Assembly: GCA_951406725.2 (NCBI GenBank)
Contig: OX597815.1
Coordinates: 17,112,001-17,176,000 of the forward strand
Direction of reading: 5' to 3'
DNA: 64,000 nt
Source of the DNA: Octopus vulgaris
Taxonomy: Eukaryota
A program made the translations under genes and the position numbers. Under the pieces are notes generated by a model. It searched no databases. It was not told where the DNA came from and saw nothing but the letters and a program-made list of their open reading frames with translations. This document shows, piece after piece, positions 55,846-64,000 of this stretch; positions within the stretch are counted from its first letter, which is position 1, and every line of letters starts with the position of its first letter.

Positions 55846-56194
55846 AGGTAAGCAGTAATGAAAATATATTTCCCCGTCTTCAAAGTATACGACATATTGA
55901 TTTAATTGGGAAAATGTCTTCTCTTTATCACTTCTTCATCCACAGATATACAAACTTTTGGGAATGTTATCCTAATGTTCTAGCCAGTTCACTCAATATA
56001 ATCCATTGTTCTGCTGAGCATACATACTTTATGCCGTCTTCACTCGATACAAACCGGTGTAATCTTTGGGCTCTCTGTAGAATAATGCATCTCATATTTT
56101 TTTGTCCCTGTGGTTCGCTGACGATCAAACGAAACTACCGGTGCATTTCGTATGGAAAATTATGAAAAAAAAAAAAAATCAGTAGCAAGAAAAC

Positions 56195-56815
56195 TGTGGA
56201 CATAGCTGAGTGGTTAAGATATCTTTGCAGTCACGTGGATTCAGGTTCAGTTCCGTTTCGCAGCACCTTGGGCAAATGATTTTTTTTCCATAGCCCCAGG
56301 CCGACCAATAACCCTGTGAGTGAATTTGGTTGCGGAAGTGTGTGGAACCCCGGTTACGTGTATGTTCGTGCGTGCGTGTGTGTGCGTGTGTGTGTAAGTG
56401 TGTGTGTGTGTGTGTGTGTGTATGAGTGTGTGTGTGTGCGTGTGTGTGTGAGGGCGTGTGTGTGTGAGTGTGTGTGTGTGAATGTGTGAGTATATGAGTG
56501 TGTGTGTGTGTGTGTGAGCGTGTGTGTTTGTGAGAGAGTGTGTGTGTGTGAGTGTGTGTGTTTGTGAGTGTGTGTGTGCGTGAGTGCGTGTGTGTGTGTT
56601 GTGTGATTGTGTCTGTGTTTGGTAACTCCCACCGCTTGATAGCTGGTGTTGCTTTGTTTACGTCTCTGTAACCTATCAAAGTGGCAAAAGAAACCAATAG
56701 AATGAATTCCAGATTAAAATAAAACAAGAACATAAGAACTTGGATCAATGTGTTCAACTGAAACCTTTCAAAGCTCTTCTCCAGCATGGCCGCAGTGCAG
56801 CGACTGACAAAAAAG
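56195..56815 (+). mobile_element. Diverged SINE family A relative with expanded (TG)n
   Basis: CACCTTGGGCAA and CTCCAGCATGGCCGCAGT motifs. Confidence 0.7.
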
Positions 56816-57111
56816 CAATAGATATGTTTTGAATTTGAAAATTTAGAAATTTAGAAAACTGTTACCTTGAATTTGTGTTTAATAAAAATACGAATAACGT
56901 GTTTTTGCAAACGAATATTCAAACATTTGAAAAGAAGACATGCACCCAACACCAGAGCTGAAGACACCACCGAAAGGGTAGGGGGCCCGCGACGTCAGAA
57001 CGGTAGAGGAGTAGGGGCCGAAACCGGACATGGTTCGTCCTGATGATGTCTTGAGCTAACTGGATCCTATAAAGGATCTGTTGTGGTAGCAGACCACGAA
57101 ACACAGTTGTA

Positions 57112-57340
57112 ATTCATTTTAGAATTTAGAGCTGCTATATATGACCCAAATATTTTACCTGTCTTATGTTTAAATTGGCTAGATCTGATCTCTCACACCT
57201 GACCTGCTATGTCATTCTTAAAAATAAACAATCACATCATCAAAATCTTGAATTTTGCGAGATAATGCATGATTGATTCAAAACAATGCGAATAAATTAA
57301 GCATTATTTTTGACAAAGAAATCTTAATGTTAAAGGGTTA
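57112..57340. mobile_element. TTAA-type MITE, decayed
   Basis: Ends AAAGGGTTAA; homologous to 28486-28714. Confidence 0.55.
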
Positions 57341-57378
57341 AATTATATTATTAAAAAAAGCAAAATCGTATCTAGATA

Positions 57379-57800
57379 GGCGCAGGAGTGGCTGTGTGGT
57401 AAGTAGCTTGCTTACCAACCACATGGTTCCGGGTTCAGTCCCACTGCGTGGCACCTTGGGCAAGTGTCTTCTACTATAGCTTCGGGCCGACCTAAACCTT
57501 GTGAGTGGATTTGGTAGACGGAAACTGAAAGAAGCCCGTCGTATATATGTATGTATATTATGTGTGTGTGTGTGTTTGTGTGTCTGTTCTGTGTTTGTCC
57601 CCCTAGCATTGCTTGACAACCGATGCTGGTGTGTTTATGTCCCCGTCACTTAGCGGTTCGGCAAAAGAGACCGATAGAATAAGTACTGGGCTTACAAAAG
57701 AATAAGTCCCGGGGGTCGAGTTGCTCGATTAAAGGTGGTGCTCCAGCATGGCCGCAGTCAAATGACTGAAACAAGTAAAAGAGTAAAAGAGTGAAAGAGA
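57379..57800 (+). mobile_element. SINE family A, full length
   Basis: Collinear with the other copies. Confidence 0.92.
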
Positions 57801-58205
57801 TATCTCTTGCAGTGCACCAGTGCACCGCAGTTTGCCGCTTCAGACCCCTTGTAGTAGATCAGTAATGATTTACAGATACATATTCTCTCTGCCTTTGTCA
57901 CTTTATCTCTCCCTTTCTCTCCTTACCCCTTCTCTCTCTCTCTTTCAAACGCAAACACCCATATTGATATATTGGTTTGTTTCTGTTTGTACATCGTTAT
58001 ATTAGACGTGTCTAGAGTCTGATAAATGATTTTTCATACGCAGAGTAAAAAAACTCATCCATAAGCAACAAAGGATCATTATTCTATAAAAATAGGATTT
58101 CGTAGATGAGAATTATAGATATTATCATGTGGATATGGTTTGAGTAAATGCTTGAACAATCCAAATAAGGGAAAATTAGAAGAAACCAACTGAAAATATA
58201 TAATA

Positions 58206-58574
58206 CTAGCAGTATCGCCCGGCGTTGCTCAGGTTTGTAAGGGAAATAACTATAAAGCATTTTTAGAGAGTTATAGCCAAAAAATAGCAAAAAAATTATG
58301 GTAAATTTTTTTTGAGTTAAAAAAGGTTGAGTTGCGTCCCCTAGACAGTCTGTGGTTTGTTTCTGATTCTCGACCCCATGTCGATTTTATCGATTTTTTC
58401 AGAACTGGGGGAACTTTTCAAAATTTTCGCTGCGTTAGTTTTGAATTATGACATTGGGCTATGTGTGTGTCAAGTTTCATCAGAATCGGTTGAAAGCCGT
58501 GGTCAGGGTGAGGGTACAAGCAAACAGACACACAGAAACACACACAGACAAACTGCCGTTTATATATATAGAGA
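58206..58574 (-). mobile_element. Non-autonomous Helitron-like element with a different 5' portion
   Basis: Shares the CTAG-end region with the other copies; 5' A|TCTCTATATATATAAACGG. Confidence 0.75.
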
Positions 58575-58894
58575 TGAATTTACGAGTACCCTTCCAATAT
58601 ACGCTGAAGTAGTGACATAAGATATCTACTATGAAATTTATATGTAAGCCGAGCTCGTTGTATATCTTTACAGACCCTCTTAATATCTGACGCAGAATAT
58701 TAACTTTTCTATTAATATCACATTGAATGATGACATGTTTTAATACAAAGTTTGTTGACGAAACTCTAGTTCCACTTAGTGTAAAACATCAAGAAACCAA
58801 CCAATTTTTTTTTCATATGCTTCCTCCATTTCGAAGATAAGTAGTCACCTCCTCTTGGATTCATTCTCAAGGGTGCTTATAGGGTTTTATCCCT

Positions 58895-59275
<381 letters not shown>

Positions 59276-59518
59276 TTAATTTTATAATATTCGGTAGATA
59301 TGATAATCAATGTTGAGTGGCAAGTAGAGATCGTTCGATGTTTTTTCAAGTGTATCATAAGATATCTGCCCATTATTGTTACTATATTTTTAAATTGTCA
59401 CAGGAGAAGGCTATATCGATTAAATGAAGCACCCAGCATTCGCAACTCTAATATTTGATATAGAGGGACTCTCTACGTGGGTTCCTACGCTCTAGAAATA
59501 GCAACTTATTCTCACTTC

Positions 59519-59760
59519 AGTCACACATTACCATCATAAAAATAGGCATTGTAGATCTAGATACAGAATTTTTCTTCTGAAGGTTTGATAGTCATGGTTA
59601 GAACGCTTTTTGTCATAAAGTCGCGAAACCAAGGCTACCAGTCACACTTTACCATCATAAAAATAGGCATTGTAGACCTAGATACAGAATGTTTCTTCTG
59701 AAGTTTAGATAGTCATGGTTAGAACGCTTTTTGTCATAGAGTCGCGAAAACAAGGCTACC
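59519..59760. repeat. Tandem duplication of an approximately 121-bp unit
   Basis: AGTCACAC...CAAGGCTACC occurs twice with a few substitutions. Confidence 0.9.
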
Positions 59761-60348
59761 GTAAGGTTAAATAAAAACAAAATACCTTTTTATCAACGCT
59801 GGAGGAATGAAAAGTCAACCTCAAGTAAATTTGGAATCAGAACGAAAATGTACGTAATCAAACTCTGCAAATTATCTAGCCCAGGGCACCTTACTGTTTC
59901 TGACGACCCACTACACTTCTAATACTGAAAGAAATGTGATCCTGTAACTTCATATGTATAGGTTTTATATTGATAATGGTGAACAGTATGCAATAGGTTT
60001 TCAACAAGACAGTCATTGATTCCATGTATTTCAGACGGCAAGAGAGAAAAAGAAGTGGTTACCAATCGGTGCAAAGAAAACATCTCAAGAATCTGCGTTC
60101 GCAAAGCTCTGCTTTTGGGGATTTCAAGTGTTATGCTTATACATATATATATACAAATATACGCACGTACAAACATATACATAAGGCATGCATACATACG
60201 TTTGAGCACATACAAATGGATTGATGAACGTTTGTATGCATAAACGAAGAAGAGGTACTCAATATATATAAAGAGTAGAGTTCTTACATATTTCTAAAAC
60301 TCAATATTTTTTAATCATTGCCCTGTTTTACCTTTCTGAGTATTTAAA

Positions 60349-60412
<64 letters not shown>

Positions 60413-60463
60413 ACACACACACACACCACACACATATACACACATACACGCGCGCGCGAACAC

Positions 60464-60718
60464 AATCATCATCATTGTTCGACTGTGGTCGAGACAATGG
60501 AATTTACTATGTTACGCCAGACTTCACGGTCCATCATGGCATTACGGAAGTCCTGTTGCTGGATGCCAGTATCCCTGGAGATTACATCAGGGTAGGAGAG
60601 TGTGCACCCTCTGATATCGCGAGCAGATGGCTTCCAGAGGAGAAGAATAGAAATTACCCCATTTTCAGCTCTACAACAATGTCCAGCAAACTGGACTCTT
60701 CTACCTTTCACAAGAGAT
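60464..60718 (-). mobile_element. RTE-type LINE 3' end
   Basis: RRVQFAGHCCR...LLLWKP...AMMDREVWR motif set typical of RTE C-termini; the stop codon runs into a (TGA)n tail. Confidence 0.8.
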
Positions 60719-61436
60719 GATACAATATTTTAGGCTTCCACACAGTTTGCGTCTATCAAATTCCATTCACAAGGTTTTGGTCAACTGAAAGTTATTGTGG
60801 AAGTTATTTGCCCAATGTACTGTAAAGTCAGTTCGAACACGGAACAACGTCGTTGCGAAGGAAACCTCTTAAACACATTACCATGTCTTCATTTTTCTGC
60901 AGCTTCATATGATCTGTGAAATTTTTCCGATATTAATAAATGTGTATTCTTCACACAATCAGAATTTACTAAGAGAGGGAGAAAGAAAAATCTGAGACTA
61001 AATTATATTTCTTCTAACTCGAGGCTTGTAATTATCGAAACCCTTGTAATGAGTGCAAATAGTGATGTCTATATTAGCTTGCAATTTATTTGTTATAATT
61101 TACTTATGGAAATAAGTACAAAAGACTTGTTCATTTGTAATATATTTGAAGCTTATGCAGGAAGTATAGTTTCTCGTTACAGTACATACTCCTATTTAAG
61201 TGAAGCAAGTTCTGTAAAGAGATAAAATCTCCACGAGATTAGAGAATCATTTTGACAATTCGTTTTATAAATTAGACAAGAAACTGTTCGACCTACAACT
61301 ATAACAACCAAATCACTCCAAATATCACGCTGCTTCCTCAAAAAAAATCTCGAAAATCACTTTCGAAAATCTAGTCCTAAAAATAATGGCTGTGGAAAGA
61401 CTGAATGATCATGGTTAGCATAACTTTGATCATATA

Positions 61437-61834
61437 GATTCTTTACTACCCACAAGGGGCTAAACATAGAGAGGACAAACAAGGACAGACAAACAGATTA
61501 AGTCAATTATATCGACCCCAGTGCGTAACTGGTACTTATTTAATCGACCCCGAAAGGATGAAAGGCAAAGTCGACCTCGGCGGAATTTGAATTCAGAACA
61601 TAGCGGCAGACGAAATACCTATATCTTTACTACCCACAAGGGGCTAACCCTTGTGGGTAGTAAAGATATAGGTATATCGACTCCAGTGCGTAACTGGTAC
61701 TTATTTAATCGACCCCGAAAGGATGAACGGCAAAGTCGACCTCGGCGGAATTTGAACTCAGAACGTAGCGACAGACGAAATACTGCTAAGCATTTCGCCC
61801 GTCGTGCTAACGTTTCTGCCAGCTCGCCGCCTTA
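61437..61834 (-). mobile_element. SINE family B dimer with an internal fold-back
   Basis: TSD CATAACTTTGA(T/C)CATATA at 61419-61436 and 61835-61852; junction at 61618. Confidence 0.88.
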
Positions 61835-61899
61835 CATAACTTTGACCATATATCTTCTCGACGAGTGCCGAGCTGAGACTAAAAAACAATAACAATAGC

Positions 61900-62290
61900 A
61901 ATAAAGTATGCCATTACCGTGCCCAAGGAGAGCATAGCGTTCCATCTCCAAACGCTTATCTGCCTGATTTTGTAAGTCTTTAGTCATCAACTCTCACGAC
62001 GACCATTTACGAAGCCGCTGCGTTTCTCTTTGATCTTTTGTACTGTAGCAACAATAGTTTCTTCCTCCATCTTAGCTATCAGATTAGCTCATCCAATAAA
62101 TTCTCTCACACCATCATTTTACCCAAACAAGACAGTGCTCTAAAGTCATATCTTCACCAGGAAACTCTCGGGAACTCTTTACCTGTCCAAATTAGTTGCT
62201 GATCCATCAGAGATACTCTATCACTCAACCTGCCAGATATATCAATCAACTTTCTCTCTTATTACACATATGTACCTTAGACATTGGAAG
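61900..62290 (-). pseudogene. Possible highly decayed LINE apurinic-endonuclease fragment
   Basis: Minus-strand FPGEDMTLEHCLVWVK resembles the RTE APE motif KVIPGE....QHRLVV; many stops. Confidence 0.35.
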
Positions 62291-62427
62291 GCGGTGAACA
62301 ATGTAATACTGGTTACACAAAAATGTAGATAGTATGTACTTGAACAGTACACAACATAAGTCTGCTCCACCAGGGTTAACCTGATAACAATAGTTGACTT
62401 CTTAGATACTCACGGTTTCTCTGGTTA

Positions 62428-62468
<41 letters not shown>

Positions 62469-63825
62469 ACAAAATATAGATGATGTCTTCAACAAACTGT
62501 AATATGGCTTTATTCTGAAGCATTCAATTCGTAAAAAAACAATTTGACACCAAAAATTCTGTTAACATCTGTTTTATGTACTAAGGTGTAATTTGCAAAA
62601 AATAATCTTGGAACGCTAAAGGATTGCTAACGCCGGACTACATGTAAAATATCTTGCGTCTAATTAGTGTACTTATTGCTGAAGTTAATTAATTAAAACC
62701 TGCTCGTTTTGTTTTCTTCTTGTGACATATTAGAAGTTTATTATTACAAGCATTACTATTAGCAGTGATCACAATCTCAGTAACATATTTCCCCCTCTCC
62801 GTTTTCCAATATTCTAATAAAACGATTTATTCTCTCTGCCTCTCTGTCTCTGTCTCTTTGTCTCTGTCTCTTTGTCTCTGTCTCTCTCTATTTATGTCCG
62901 TCTGTCTGTGTCTCTCTCTATTTCTGTCCGTCTGTCTGTGTCTCTCTCTCGCCCTCCTCTATCCCTCTTCTGATATTTTTACCCCACTGAAGAAATCTGT
63001 TTACACTATCTGGCTGTCGCAGTAAATTGGAACACTGTTATTCATTAAGAATACCACCACAGTCATTATTAATCTTCTTTTTAATGGCTTCTTCAAGAAG
63101 AATATTTTCTCATTTGGTGTCTTCTTTTGATTTGTGAAACAAAGAAACCTTTACTTTGATGTTTCATAGAAAGAAAAAGAACATATTTTTAATAAGAGCG
63201 GGTTTCATGAAAGAGTCATGTAGGCGTACTTCCATATGCCGACCAATGTCAGTCTCGGCGAATCATATACAGTTACTCTTTCGGTAAAGGTTAGTTCGTT
63301 AAATGTAAATAGTTGGCCAAAGTTTTGGCCATGCTGATGCACCAGAAACAAAAGTAACATAGAAATACTCTCACATTCCCTAGTTTTCCTTCGTATCTCA
63401 TGAGGAATAACTTTACCGTAATCTTATAACCGGGTATGATCTTTCTATAGAGAGCATTTTTATAAATAAAGTCTACTTTTTGTAACTTGAGATGAATTAA
63501 AATCACCCTAGTAGAGACTATTTGCTTTTATTCTTGTTAGAGGACTACAAGATTATAGATATTTCTGAATCAACCCAACGTCTAAGCTTTTAAATAGTCG
63601 TTTGGTTTCCTAGAAATAGCAGACAAATTCCCTTTCTATCTTGGAAAAAGAACACTTTGGCGCATGAATAATTATTTAGTTATAAACATGATTTTGAAAG
63701 TACATTCATCTTCCGAGTTTGAACACTCTGTATATCAGCTTGGGTAAGTGTTTTCAGTCATTTGTCTCGGACTGACCAATTACTTGGAAGGAAATTATGC
63801 GGAAGACGTCGTACAGACACACACA

Positions 63826-63907
<82 letters not shown>

Positions 63908-63910
<3 letters not shown>

Positions 63911-64000
63911 GCTGGTAACAAAAAGTTCCCGGACTAGCTCCTGTAGCGCGCCAACATATAGCATACACGGTTGAGTGCGCAGTGAGAGTTACCATTGACC
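63908..64000 (+). mobile_element. Possible mariner-like terminus running off the window
   Basis: CAAAAAGTTCCCGGACT resembles mariner TIRs, as does CAATAAATATCCGGACT near 19353; no partner TIR visible. Confidence 0.3.

Overview
This is AT-rich, repeat-saturated eukaryotic DNA. The mix of tRNA-derived SINEs, Penelope-type fragments and very dense (TA)n/(CA)n/(ATCT)n microsatellites suggests an octopus or other cephalopod intron or intergenic region (inference). I could not support any intact host gene, and most ORFs in the track are microsatellite or SINE artefacts. Retroelements present: about 30 SINE copies from at least 4 families, two 3' ends of a Tx1/L1-type LINE both embedded in (ATCT)n, an ORF1-only L1/Tx1-like element, RTE and HERO/NeSL-like LINE remnants, and many Penelope-like terminal fragments. 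DNA elements present: a decayed full-length mariner with TIRs, four non-autonomous Helitrons and several MITEs. Most notable: (1) at least 8 unrelated minimal type-I hammerhead ribozyme motifs, often inside short inverted-repeat elements; (2) one SINE family present as dimers to tetramers, each bounded by a single TSD and sharing the same tail-to-internal junction at three loci; (3) an apparently (ATCT)n-targeting Tx1 LINE whose two copies have near-identical 5' breakpoints and a covarying 3'UTR hairpin; (4) a pseudoknot in an unidentified retroelement 3' end. All coordinates were read by eye and element boundaries are approximate.
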